Part shown: piece after piece, positions 36,838-46,671 of the stretch | How positions within the stretch are numbered: position 1 is the stretch's first letter | How the letters are laid out: every line of letters starts with the position of its first letter | Made by a program: the position numbers and the translations under genes | The notes under the pieces: model-generated | What the model saw: only the letters and a program-made list of their open reading frames with translations | Database searches by the model: none | What the model was told of the DNA's origin: nothing | Virus record (IMG/VR): IMGVR_UViG_3300033066_001150 | Location: 33,979 to 97,978 of that record | Strand: one strand, 5' to 3' | DNA from: a virus | Lineage: Duplodnaviria; Caudoviricetes | DNA length: 64,000 bases

Positions 36838-38029
36838 TTGTTCCCAGTTGTGGCCCTTGTTCAGTCTGGGAGAGCAGTACGTTAGCAACTTCTTGAACCC
36901 CGGCGAGCTCCCCGGTTTGAAGTGCCCGATCGAGTTAGAGTTGTGCCAGCGGTGCTCCCTCGTGCAGGCCAAGCACACCGCCCCGCAGGAGCTGCTGTAC
37001 GCCCGCAAGTATTGGTACCGTTCGGGCGTCACCGAAACCATGCGGACGGCCCTACGCAATGTCACCAAAGACGTTGAAACTTTGATGGAACTGTTGCCGA
37101 GGGACATCGTGTTGGATATTGGGTCCAACGATGGTACACTCCTTCGCACTTACACAGAAGACGTTCAACGGGTGGGATGTGAACCGGCCGACAACCTCCA
37201 AGAGGAAGGGCGGAAGGGTGTAGACATCCTGATTCATGACTTTTGGAGTTACGCAGCCTATCAACGGGTCTGTAGCGAGCCCGCCAAAGTCATCACGGCG
37301 TTGGGGATGTTTTACGATTTGGAGAACCCGAACCAGTTCGTGGCGGATGTGAGTCGGGCACTGGCGCCGGATGGGATTTTTGTGTCCCAACTGATGTGCC
37401 TGAAAAACATGATTAACATGCACGACGTCGGGAACTTGGCGCACGAACACTTGCTCTTCTACAGTCTTCGTTCCTTGCGGTATCTGTTCGGCAAGCATGG
37501 TCTGGAGATTATCGACATCCAGACCAACCGTGTGAACGGGGAAAGTTATCGCATCTACGCCCGGCACTTTGGGGCGTCTGTGTTCCCGTATGGGGGCGCC
37601 GAATCCCGTATCCTGCAACGTGAGCACGAGGAACGGGGTTTGGACAACCCCCTGTTCTACGCCAAGTTCTTCGAAGCTATGGAACAGAACCGGGAAGAGG
37701 TCGTGGACTTGGTCAAAAACGCCAAGCTTCTCGGAAAATCCGTGTGGGTCTATGGGGCATCCACCAAAGGCAATGTCCTGCTGCAATACTACGGCTTGGA
37801 CCACACCTTGATTCAAGGGGCTGCTGACCGGTCCCCGGAGAAGTGGGGCAAGGTCACCGTCGGGACCAATATCCCTATCGTTTCCAATGAAGAGGCACGT
37901 GCCCAAAACCCCGACTATTTCCTCGTACTGCCGGTCGCCTTTCGTTCCGAGTTTATGGGACTGGAGAAAGCTTGGCGGGAACGCGGTGGTCGGTTCATCT
38001 TCCCCTTACCGAAGTGTGAAATTGTATGA
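36797..38029 (+). CDS. NDP-sugar C-methyltransferase (TylC3-like)
   Basis: CRVC..C..C Zn site, LDIGSNDGTLL, HEHL, YGASTKGNVLLQ, GGRFIFPLP. Confidence 0.9.
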   Translation: MHSYTTRTTCRVCDCSQLWPLFSLGEQYVSNFLNPGELPGLKCPIELELCQRCSLVQAKHTAPQELLYARKYWYRSGVTETMRTALRNVTKDVETLMELLPRDIVLDIGSNDGTLLRTYTEDVQRVGCEPADNLQEEGRKGVDILIHDFWSYAAYQRVCSEPAKVITALGMFYDLENPNQFVADVSRALAPDGIFVSQLMCLKNMINMHDVGNLAHEHLLFYSLRSLRYLFGKHGLEIIDIQTNRVNGESYRIYARHFGASVFPYGGAESRILQREHEERGLDNPLFYAKFFEAMEQNREEVVDLVKNAKLLGKSVWVYGASTKGNVLLQYYGLDHTLIQGAADRSPEKWGKVTVGTNIPIVSNEEARAQNPDYFLVLPVAFRSEFMGLEKAWRERGGRFIFPLPKCEIV

Positions 38030-39009
38030 CAAAGCGGGTGTTGATTCTGGGCATTACGGGACAGGATGGTTCCTATTTGGCGGAGCAGTTGCTGGAACAG
38101 GGTTGTGAAGTCCATGGGATGGTCCGACACACGAGCGGGAACAACCTCTTTCGGTTGCAGAGTCTGTCGTCCTACAACAAACTGATCTTGCACTCTGGGG
38201 ATATGCTGGACGCGGTCTCGGTGGAACGGTTGGTGCGGGAAATTCGTCCTCATGACCTTTACAATGAAGCGGATCAGGACAACGTAGACTTCAGTTTCCG
38301 CACGCCATCGTTCTCCGCTCAGATCACATTCGGGGCAGTTGTCAACCTCCTCGAAGCCATCAAACACCACGCCCCACAAACTCGTCTTTTCCAACCTATC
38401 AGTGCTACGGTGTTCGGACCAAACGCAGCCCCTCAAACAGAACAAACCCCACTGGCTCCACAAAGCCCGTATGCCTGCGCCAAGGCCGCCACATGGCTGA
38501 CCTGTCAGCACTACCGACGAGAGTATGGTCTGCATATTGTGGGCGGGGTTCTTTACAATCACGACAGCCCCCGGCGTTCTGGGCAATACCTGTTGCACCG
38601 CATCGCCAAGCAAGTCGTTCTCTTCACTCGTGGTTTGATCTCTTCGATTGTGGTTCCTCCGTTAGAAATTCTCGTAGACATTGGACATGCCCGGGAGTTC
38701 ATGAGAAACGCCATCCTTGCGATGGGTGTCGAAGAGCCCCGGGACTATGTGATGGCTACGGGGTTCCCCTTTTCTATTCACTCTCTTGTATCGATCCTTC
38801 TTCGAGAAGCTGGGTTTCCCGACACTGTGATAGAGAAATGTGTGCAAGTCCATAACAGCATGACCCGGCCCGGCAGTCCCGCTTGCCTCGTGGGGGATAC
38901 GACTTTGGCCCAGACTACCTTTGGCTTCAACGTGGAGACGGACGCCCTTTGTATGTCCCGCATTTTGTACAATCACTACCGAAACCTCCCCTCTAAGGAA
39001 TGCATGTAA
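38026..39009 (+). CDS. gmd: GDP-mannose 4,6-dehydratase-like SDR (catalytic Glu apparently substituted)
   Basis: GITGQDGSYLAE, PQSPYACAK, YNHDSPRR. Confidence 0.8.
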   Translation: MTKRVLILGITGQDGSYLAEQLLEQGCEVHGMVRHTSGNNLFRLQSLSSYNKLILHSGDMLDAVSVERLVREIRPHDLYNEADQDNVDFSFRTPSFSAQITFGAVVNLLEAIKHHAPQTRLFQPISATVFGPNAAPQTEQTPLAPQSPYACAKAATWLTCQHYRREYGLHIVGGVLYNHDSPRRSGQYLLHRIAKQVVLFTRGLISSIVVPPLEILVDIGHAREFMRNAILAMGVEEPRDYVMATGFPFSIHSLVSILLREAGFPDTVIEKCVQVHNSMTRPGSPACLVGDTTLAQTTFGFNVETDALCMSRILYNHYRNLPSKECM

Positions 39010-40025
39010 TGCGAGTCGGTACTGTCTGCTACGCTACAACTCAGGGCCTTGGGGTACTGGCTAAGCAGTTTTACGATGCAGGTATTATCCAAGAGGTGTT
39101 GATTTACATACACCCCGATGGACGTCCAACCCGCACGGATTGGTACCCGGAAGGGACCCCACTCTTGCCTCCACGCCATCCGTTCCAAGGTGCCGCGGTG
39201 GGTCGGTTCTTGGACAGTGTGGATGTTGTGTTGTTCTTTGAAACTCCTTTTGATTGGGGGTTTGTCAACAAGTGCCGGGCCCACGGTGTGAAAACTGTTT
39301 TGATGCCTATGTATGAATGGCATTTGGAACGTCCACCGGCAAAGTTTGATTTCTACATCAATCCTTCCGAACTAGACCAGCAGTATTTTCCGCATGGGAA
39401 GTTCCTGCCGGTCCCGGCGGTTTCCGGGATTTGGAAAGAACGGAACACAGCTTTAAGGTTCTTGCATAACAGCGGGCACATCGGGTCCCGGAACCACAAG
39501 GGAACAGAGGAACTGTTGCAGGCGATTCCTCTGATCAAAAGCCCGATCGAACTGACCCTCACTTCACAAGAGTCATGTCTCCAGCAATTACTGAACAAGT
39601 ACCCGGAGGCTTGTAACGACCCACGGGTCTCCGTTCGTGTTGTGGACCATTTTGATTATGAGTCCTTGTTCGGGGCGTGGGATGTCTACATTGCCCCGGA
39701 AAAGTACAACGGTCTCTCGTTACCGTTGCAGGAGGCCTACGCTTCCGGTCTCGCGGTGATGACTACAAATCGGTTCCCGATGAATACATGGCTGCCTCCG
39801 GAAATTCTTATTCCGGTAACACGTTTTGACAAAGCCCGGACACAAGGGGGTCACCTTGCCTTTGATGAAGCCATTGTGGACCCCCGCGATATCGCCCGGT
39901 GTGTGGACCAGTTGTACGGACAGGATATTACGACATTATCCCGCAGGGGTCGGGACTGGGCGGAAGCCAATTCGTGGGAAGTTCTCCGTCCCAAGTATTT
40001 AGAAGTCTTGGAGAGCGTTCTGTGA
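39009..40025 (+). CDS. Glycosyltransferase family 4-like (GT-B)
   Basis: HKGTEELL, DVYIAPEKYNGLSLPLQEAYASG..VMTT. Confidence 0.85.
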   Translation: MRVGTVCYATTQGLGVLAKQFYDAGIIQEVLIYIHPDGRPTRTDWYPEGTPLLPPRHPFQGAAVGRFLDSVDVVLFFETPFDWGFVNKCRAHGVKTVLMPMYEWHLERPPAKFDFYINPSELDQQYFPHGKFLPVPAVSGIWKERNTALRFLHNSGHIGSRNHKGTEELLQAIPLIKSPIELTLTSQESCLQQLLNKYPEACNDPRVSVRVVDHFDYESLFGAWDVYIAPEKYNGLSLPLQEAYASGLAVMTTNRFPMNTWLPPEILIPVTRFDKARTQGGHLAFDEAIVDPRDIARCVDQLYGQDITTLSRRGRDWAEANSWEVLRPKYLEVLESVL

Positions 40026-40825
40026 AACGTGTCATTGTTTCTGGTGGGTTCGACCCGCTCCATGTCGGTCACTTGGCTTTACTGGAAAAGGCTTCCGAGT
40101 TAGGAGCCGTGGTGGTCATTGTGGACTCGGACGAATATGTTCGGTCCAAGCACCCACTTATGATGCCCCAGTCGGAGCGGGAGAAGTTGGTAGGGTCGTT
40201 GGCTTGTGTCCGGACAACCGTTCGAAACAATACGGAGAACGGGGATTGCTCCGGTCTATTGCGGATTCTTCGCCCCGACTATTTCGTGGTCGGTCCCGAC
40301 AAGCAACCCAAGCAACTTCCAGAATATGCAACTTGTGTGGCTTGTAGAATTCCTATCATCGTTATAGACTCGTTGAAAAAGGACCACAGCAGCCGACAGT
40401 ACCAAGTCCAGCCTCCGTCCTATAACAATCCTCCAGTGTGTTGTTCCGTGGCTGTGTGCGACAGCGAGGGCCGGGTGTTGGTGGGCCTGCGGACAGACAA
40501 CCGGTTACACGACCTTCCGGGAGGGTTCCTTGAACCGGGGGAGACTCTGGAACAATGCACCCACCGGGAATTAAAAGAGGAGTTCGGGACGTGTGTGGAC
40601 GACCTCTCCTACCGCAAGTCTGCTGTCACCACATATCAGGACGGAAGAGTCGTTACTTCTGTTTTCTTTCTGGCGGATGTGCAAGGTGGGGACATCACCG
40701 CAGGTCCAGAAATGGCGGCATACCGTTGGATTGAAGCGGATGACCCAACCCTAGAGGTCCCTGACAATTGGAACAACAAACAGGACCTCCAGTTTCTTAG
40801 AGAGTTCTTTGGGTATAAATCATGA
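40022..40825 (+). CDS. Cytidylyltransferase-family nucleotidyltransferase fused to Nudix hydrolase
   Basis: SGGFDPLHVGH; LPGGFLEPGETLEQCTHRELKEEFG Nudix box. Confidence 0.88.
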   Translation: MKRVIVSGGFDPLHVGHLALLEKASELGAVVVIVDSDEYVRSKHPLMMPQSEREKLVGSLACVRTTVRNNTENGDCSGLLRILRPDYFVVGPDKQPKQLPEYATCVACRIPIIVIDSLKKDHSSRQYQVQPPSYNNPPVCCSVAVCDSEGRVLVGLRTDNRLHDLPGGFLEPGETLEQCTHRELKEEFGTCVDDLSYRKSAVTTYQDGRVVTSVFFLADVQGGDITAGPEMAAYRWIEADDPTLEVPDNWNNKQDLQFLREFFGYKS

Positions 40826-41691
40826 CTGTCGCTCTTTGTACTCTAGTCCTTAACGAAATGCAGTGGCTTCCCCATCTTTACGAACAGCATAAGGACTGGC
40901 CGGGACTCCTGAAATGGGTCTTTGTGGAGTCAGCTGACCGGGTGTATGCGGAAACGAACCCCACACTGGTTTCCAAAGATGGTTTGTCCGTTGATGGAAC
41001 TACATCTTTTCTGGAAGCATTGGTGAATCAGGACCCTCGTGTTGTTCATATTAAACACGGGTTCAGTTCGGCAACGGACCCCGCTCAAGGAAAATGTCAA
41101 GCTCGGTCTCGTTATTTGGAAGAGGTGGATTCTGTTAAGCCTTCTTATCTTGTCGTGTTGGACGCCGATGAGTTCTACATGCGTCAGTTCCAGACAGAAA
41201 TCCCACAACTGATGGACCGGTACCCCACACGGAATGCCTTTATTTTTCGGCATCGTGAAATTTGGCGTCCGGAGTCCCTAAAAGACAAGTCACTCTTCCG
41301 CTACGAGGTGACCGGGGGCTTTTGGGACATCCCATATTGCCGCTGCTGGCGGTGGTTCCCGGGGCTGTCCTACAGTAAGAATCACAACACCCCGCAAATG
41401 CCCAATGGCATACTACTGGATGCAAGAATGCGGCGGTGCGACGCTTATAAGACGCCATTCTTCCTTCACATGGGATTTGCGTCCCGTCTCTTGTTTCGGG
41501 CTGCCAAGAACAACTATTATATTGCCAGAGGAGAAGGTGTGAACGACCGCCGTCTTTGGTACACCGAAAGCCGAGCCGCTTGGGAGACGTGGAAGCTGGG
41601 GGACCCGCTCCCCCGTGGGGCGCAGGTTCAGTTCTACGATGGACCGATTCCCGAAGCATTCAGCATCAACACGAAAGAAATCCATGAGTGA
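40822..41691 (+). CDS. Glycosyltransferase family 2-like
   Basis: LVLNE, SVDGT, VVLDADEFY. Confidence 0.82.
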   Translation: MTVALCTLVLNEMQWLPHLYEQHKDWPGLLKWVFVESADRVYAETNPTLVSKDGLSVDGTTSFLEALVNQDPRVVHIKHGFSSATDPAQGKCQARSRYLEEVDSVKPSYLVVLDADEFYMRQFQTEIPQLMDRYPTRNAFIFRHREIWRPESLKDKSLFRYEVTGGFWDIPYCRCWRWFPGLSYSKNHNTPQMPNGILLDARMRRCDAYKTPFFLHMGFASRLLFRAAKNNYYIARGEGVNDRRLWYTESRAAWETWKLGDPLPRGAQVQFYDGPIPEAFSINTKEIHE

Positions 41692-42196
41692 GATCACTCC
41701 AAAACTGCCAGTCAATACACGAGATTTCTGGCGGACTCGTATCAATACAACATTGGCTCTGGAAAAGCCGTTGCACACGGTTATCTTCGACACAGACGAC
41801 GCCAACTGGAGTCGGCAACAACAACAGACCAACGTAATTCTGCACAAGTGCATTCAGCCTAATCAAACCGTATTGGATGCCGGGTGTGGTCTGGGAGCCA
41901 CGTGGCCTTGCTTTCCGGGGCGAGCGATATACCGCGGCGTGGATATTTCTCCGGATTTAATCGAAATCGCTCGCTTACGGTACCCGCATGTGGCTTTCGA
42001 TGTTGGGGACCTGACACAGCTTTCCTATGAGGACAAGCAGTTCGATATTGTGGTATGCCGCTCCTTGCGGGAAATGTTCTACGACAATTTCGGGAAGGAG
42101 GCATGGGACCCCATCCTTTCCGAACTGCGTCGCGTGGGACGTCGTGTGTTGTTGCTGGAGTACGGGGACCCGATGTCCTATGAATTCGTGGAGTGA
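41684..42196 (+). CDS. Class I SAM-dependent methyltransferase
   Basis: VLDAGCGLG, GVDIS, FDIVVC. Confidence 0.88.
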   Translation: MSEITPKLPVNTRDFWRTRINTTLALEKPLHTVIFDTDDANWSRQQQQTNVILHKCIQPNQTVLDAGCGLGATWPCFPGRAIYRGVDISPDLIEIARLRYPHVAFDVGDLTQLSYEDKQFDIVVCRSLREMFYDNFGKEAWDPILSELRRVGRRVLLLEYGDPMSYEFVE

Positions 42197-42807
42197 CCAT
42201 GTCTATTCTCTTCCCCCGCAGTTGCTTTGTCCACATCCCTCGCACGGGAGGCACTTGGTTACAGAACGCGGCAACACGGGCCGAAATTTTCTGTAATATC
42301 CTCAAAGGGGATATTGACAGTCATCTGCCGTATAACGAACTGCCTCCTGTCTGGCACACACGGATTTCCTTCTCGTTTGTGCGGGACCCCTTGTCTTGGA
42401 TTCGTAGTCGGTGGTCCCACCTGATGGAGCACCGGATGTTGGATGATTACCGGCACTATGGGGTCCATCGCTTATTCGATGTTCAGGCTGTAGACACGTT
42501 CGAAGGGACGGTTCGGAATATTGTGGAAAACAACTCCGGTCTCGTGTCCCGGACATACGCGGAGATGACCGAAGGGGTCCACTGTCTTTACAAACTGGAG
42601 TCCCTTTCTACGGTGTTCTTGGAAGACTTCGCAAAGACAGAAAAGCTGACAGCCGAGCAGTGGAGTCTGATGCGACAAGAACCCACGTGCAACGAAACAT
42701 CCCAGCTGGACCACTGGAAGAGCCGCTTGGCGTTACCGGAGTCCCTGATCAAAGAATTTCTTCGTTCGGAAGAGTCGGCAACTCGTATCTGGAAAAAGGC
42801 GAAATAG
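42193..42807 (+). CDS. Sulfotransferase-family protein
   Basis: FVHIPRTGGT (5'-PSB) and FSFVRDPLSWIRS (3'-PB). Confidence 0.8.
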   Translation: MTMSILFPRSCFVHIPRTGGTWLQNAATRAEIFCNILKGDIDSHLPYNELPPVWHTRISFSFVRDPLSWIRSRWSHLMEHRMLDDYRHYGVHRLFDVQAVDTFEGTVRNIVENNSGLVSRTYAEMTEGVHCLYKLESLSTVFLEDFAKTEKLTAEQWSLMRQEPTCNETSQLDHWKSRLALPESLIKEFLRSEESATRIWKKAK

Positions 42808-42810
42808 ACT

Positions 42811-43803
42811 ATGAGCTCACGTTCAATCTACAACTGTTCCGTCTGTGTGGTCGGTGGGGCGGGGTTCCTCGGCAGTCACTTGGTGAACCATCTCATTCAG
42901 GAACGGGATTGTTCCGTGCTGGTGGTGGATAACCTCATTTCCGGACGTCGGGAGTTTCTGCACCCCAAGTCGAAATTCGAGTACGCCGATATCACAGGGT
43001 CGGAAAGTTATCTCCGACGTCTGTTCGAGCATCACCGTGTGGAATATGTGTTCAACTACGCCGCCGAACCGTACATTCCGGTCTCGTTTTCCCGGCCGGC
43101 ACATGTGTTCGATATCAACGCTTTTGGGGCTATGAACGTCTTGAATGCCGCCCAAGAAGCCGGATGTCGGGGAATCCTGCAGGTCTCCAGTGCGGAAATC
43201 TATGGAGACTGTCGGGAAGGGAAGATTAACGAAGACTACCCTGTCAAACCGCACTCCACGTATGGGGTTGCCAAGGCCGCTATCGACTTTCTTATCCAAG
43301 CCCGATGGAAGGAAGCGTTTCTGCCAGCCATCGCTCTTCGTCAATTCAATTGCATTGGGGAACGGGAAACGCATCCTTATGTGGTGACGACAATTATCTC
43401 CCAAATCTACCAACAACAACTCGGGGGTGTGCCTGTACCGAGCATTGACCTCGGGAACAATAGCTTCCGGGACTTTCAGTATGCCGGGGACGCCGTGCGT
43501 ATGGCGGTGGAGTTGCTGGAAAAGGGGGAGTTCGGACAGGTCTACAATGCTGGTTCACAGGAAGGTACAAAGATCTACGATCTGGCCCGGATGATCGGTA
43601 CGTTGATGGGTTGTGAGAAGGGTATTAACATCAACATCGACCCACGTCGGGTCCGTCCGTGGGAAATTTGGCACCTGCAGTCGTCCAATCAAAAGCTCCA
43701 CTCCACCATCGAGTACCGACCGCAAGTCACGTTCCGGGAAGCCTTGAAACTGACAATTGATTACTTCCTGAGTAATGGAGGGCGTTGGGTATGGGATCGG
43801 TAA
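42811..43803 (+). CDS. NAD-dependent nucleotide-sugar 4,6-dehydratase/epimerase
   Basis: GGAGFLGSH, QVSSAEIYG, YGVAK, RDFQY. Confidence 0.9.
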   Translation: MSSRSIYNCSVCVVGGAGFLGSHLVNHLIQERDCSVLVVDNLISGRREFLHPKSKFEYADITGSESYLRRLFEHHRVEYVFNYAAEPYIPVSFSRPAHVFDINAFGAMNVLNAAQEAGCRGILQVSSAEIYGDCREGKINEDYPVKPHSTYGVAKAAIDFLIQARWKEAFLPAIALRQFNCIGERETHPYVVTTIISQIYQQQLGGVPVPSIDLGNNSFRDFQYAGDAVRMAVELLEKGEFGQVYNAGSQEGTKIYDLARMIGTLMGCEKGININIDPRRVRPWEIWHLQSSNQKLHSTIEYRPQVTFREALKLTIDYFLSNGGRWVWDR

Positions 43804-44309
43804 CACCTGCACATCCCAAATTGATGTGGTCTGGTCCCAAAGTGTCTCCTCCGGAATCTCGTTTTTGGGTTCTGGTGGATAAACAAGGTTTCGATGGGTG
43901 TTGGATTTTTCGGAAAGGACCGCCGCTTACGAATTACCGCACTCTTCGTGTTTTCCAAAAGAAAATTCTCGCTCATAGGTACTCTTGGGAGCTGCATCGT
44001 GGTCCTATTCCTTCCGGCTTGTTCGTACTCCATCATTGTGATGTCCCTGCTTGTGTAAATCCAGATCACTTGTTTTTAGGAACCAAGAAGGATAATGCAA
44101 TAGACAGAGAAGGGAAAGGGAGAGGGGTACATTACCAAGGGGCTTCCCACGGACGTGCCGTTCTTACAGAGAAACAGGTAAGATTCATTCGGAGGAGACA
44201 CATCCCGCAGGACCGTCGATATGGAACAGAAGCATTGGCCCGTCGTTACGGTGTAAGTTCCTTCACTATTTACGCCATTTTGAAACGTCTCACGTGGAAG
44301 AGTGTTTAA
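43785..44309 (+). CDS. HNH homing endonuclease
   Basis: CWIF, AHRYSWELH.GPIP.G..VLHHCDVPACVNPDHLFLGT..DN; C-terminal HTH; start uncertain. Confidence 0.9.
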   Translation: MGMGSVTPAHPKLMWSGPKVSPPESRFWVLVDKQGFDGCWIFRKGPPLTNYRTLRVFQKKILAHRYSWELHRGPIPSGLFVLHHCDVPACVNPDHLFLGTKKDNAIDREGKGRGVHYQGASHGRAVLTEKQVRFIRRRHIPQDRRYGTEALARRYGVSSFTIYAILKRLTWKSV

Positions 44310-44326
44310 CGAAAAGAAAGTTGGAC

Positions 44327-45322
44327 ATGGGAACGCTAGAACCGTATCAGGAACTAGAGTCGCGCTACAGTAAAATCCTGCAGGACAGCCACCCTTACAC
44401 GGTGGCTTGTTCTAGTGGGACCGCCGCCCTGCATCTCGCCATGGAAACCCTCCAGCTCCCACTCGGGGCTGTTGTGGGGGTCCCTGAGTTCACGATGGTG
44501 GCTTGTGCTCGGGCCGTTACGATGGCCGGACTTCAACCGACATTTATCGATTGCACGTCCAATCTGCTTTTAGACTTGGATAAGTTACATCACTGGTCGT
44601 TCTCGGCAATGATGGCGGTCCACATCTATGGGCGCCTCTGTCCCATGAACGACATTCACAACATCGTGACGGTGCCTGTTGTAGAAGACATGGCCGAAGC
44701 CCACGGGTGCCTCCCACACCCAACAACAGCGGCGGTGTGCTGGTCGTTCTACAGGAACAAGATTGTTGCCGGAGAAGAGGGGGGTTTGGTCGCCTTCAAA
44801 ACCAAGGCCCATGCCGATTTTGCTCGGTCTCTACGGTCTTTGGGGTTCACGGAAAGTCACAACTTCATCCATATCCCACGGGGTCACAATTACCGGATGA
44901 GCAATCTCCATGCGCGGACTGTGTTGGATAGTTTGGAATTGCAGGAGTCCAACATCGCCGCCCGGAATCAAGTCATCGCCATGTATGATCAGGTGATCCC
45001 GGAAGAGTGGAAAATGCCCCCACGGCAAGCCCCGTGGGTTTACGACGTCTGCCTGCCAGAAGATGTGGACGTGGAACGTGCCGTACAGGGACTGCAGGAC
45101 TTGGGGGTTCGGGGCGCCCGCTGTGGGTTCAAGTGCATGAGTGAACAGCCAGAATATCAATTCCCATTCTACATGATGGGGAATCCGTATTATCAGAAAT
45201 CCATGGCGTACAAAATGAGCCGCCGGGTGCTGTACCTCCCGGTCAATCCACAAATCACGGCCACGGAAGTTTCAGAAACAGTGTCGGTTCTGAAGTCTGT
45301 AGTGGCTTTCTTTTCTCGTTAG
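44327..45322 (+). CDS. DegT/DnrJ/EryC1/StrS sugar aminotransferase (perosamine synthase-like)
   Basis: SSGTAALHLA, VHIYG, VEDMAEAHG, SFYRNKIVAGEEGG, GHNYRMS. Confidence 0.92.
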   Translation: MGTLEPYQELESRYSKILQDSHPYTVACSSGTAALHLAMETLQLPLGAVVGVPEFTMVACARAVTMAGLQPTFIDCTSNLLLDLDKLHHWSFSAMMAVHIYGRLCPMNDIHNIVTVPVVEDMAEAHGCLPHPTTAAVCWSFYRNKIVAGEEGGLVAFKTKAHADFARSLRSLGFTESHNFIHIPRGHNYRMSNLHARTVLDSLELQESNIAARNQVIAMYDQVIPEEWKMPPRQAPWVYDVCLPEDVDVERAVQGLQDLGVRGARCGFKCMSEQPEYQFPFYMMGNPYYQKSMAYKMSRRVLYLPVNPQITATEVSETVSVLKSVVAFFSR

Positions 45323-45334
45323 AAAGGTCCAACT

Positions 45335-46534
45335 ATGTGGCGGTCGTTGGTGTTCTTTTTGTGCTTTGTGGGAGTGTCCCTTTCGGCTTGGGCCCAAGAC
45401 CCTTCGTTGTTGGGTGTTTACGCCACTCACTCCACAACGGCCCAATGCTACAAGTTCGAAGGGAGTTGGTCAAAGGCTGTAGACCGTCGTCTCGACTCCA
45501 TCGCGTCCACACACGTTCGCTGCGTGTGGTGGTCCAGTTTACCCGATGACGCACCACTGCTTCAGTTGTACTTTTCTGGTCATCGAATACGAGGAATGAA
45601 GGCTGTGGCTGGTTCGGGGGCGTGGTATATCACCGCTGCCAATTACCAGACACCGAACATTGTTGACATACAATTCAGCAACTTAAAAAATATCTACGAC
45701 ACCTTACCGGAAGCCGATCGTCCGTGGATGTGGTCATTGGGGGACGAGCCTACTCCGGCGGCTTTACCAAAGTTGCGGGAACTGGCATTGCGATGTCAAG
45801 CGGCTGGTATTCCTGTGACGTTGACCAACGTGCCGGAATTTTCAACGGAGACGACGAACGTAGTGGGGACGTCCGTGGGTTCTCAGTGCATGGATTTCTA
45901 TCCTTTTTTTGTGCCCGGCTTGTCGTCAAATCCTCCTTATGGGCAAGCCGCTCTCACGATGGCTTTCTCCCATCAACTAGGACACGTCCAACGAACCAGC
46001 CCTCTCGGTATTCGTCCCCAAAGTATGACGCAAGGTTACGGGGACAAGGTTCTTTATGCGGTACCAACCACGGCTCAGACAGAGTGGCAGGTGTGGTCGT
46101 CGTTAATCGCAGGGAACCGGGATGTTTTCGTATTCATCCATGGCATGCCGTCCGACGATGGTGTGGTCCCTCCTGCGCCGTCCCTTGTGGACTGGAACAA
46201 GCCCACGGAGACCTTAACACCACAAGGACAAGCCGTAGCTAGGGTGTTCCAAAGGCTAAACCCACACGCTAGCACAATGGGGACTTGGACGTTGGAGTCC
46301 CGTCCAGTGTTCGCTATGGCGGCGGCGGGTGACAGAGCCGCGATTTATAAGAATGGGTCAAAACGATACTTGATCGCGGTGGCGGACCCTGAGAAGCCAC
46401 AACGAACACTCTTCGTGACATTACCGTTCTGGTCCTGCTCCTCCATCGCTGGCGGTCCGAACGGTTTCAACTGGTTCGGAAATTTTTGGGTCACTCTGCC
46501 ACCGGGTTCCGGGAACATTTGGGAACTTCGGTAG
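45335..46534 (+). CDS. Exported glycoside-hydrolase-like (TIM barrel) protein
   Basis: Signal peptide; WSLGDEP, MDFYP, PT..Q...QVW..LIAG pattern resembling clan GH-A. Confidence 0.55.
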   Translation: MWRSLVFFLCFVGVSLSAWAQDPSLLGVYATHSTTAQCYKFEGSWSKAVDRRLDSIASTHVRCVWWSSLPDDAPLLQLYFSGHRIRGMKAVAGSGAWYITAANYQTPNIVDIQFSNLKNIYDTLPEADRPWMWSLGDEPTPAALPKLRELALRCQAAGIPVTLTNVPEFSTETTNVVGTSVGSQCMDFYPFFVPGLSSNPPYGQAALTMAFSHQLGHVQRTSPLGIRPQSMTQGYGDKVLYAVPTTAQTEWQVWSSLIAGNRDVFVFIHGMPSDDGVVPPAPSLVDWNKPTETLTPQGQAVARVFQRLNPHASTMGTWTLESRPVFAMAAAGDRAAIYKNGSKRYLIAVADPEKPQRTLFVTLPFWSCSSIAGGPNGFNWFGNFWVTLPPGSGNIWELR

Positions 46535-46671
46535 TCTAATCTAACACAGTCACAGGACGCGGGACTTGCACAGTTGGACAACTGGACTGTTTGAGAATCC
46601 GTGTTTCCATTTCGGTTATGATTCCACAAGCTGCCGGACTTTCCCCAGTTCTTGAGGAAGCTCCTCATTCG

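Noticed and set aside
35344-45322. Host O-antigen/capsule locus flanking a prophage
   Set aside because: Flanked on both sides by phage genes, contains a phage HNH, and lacks wzx/wzy/ABC export genes
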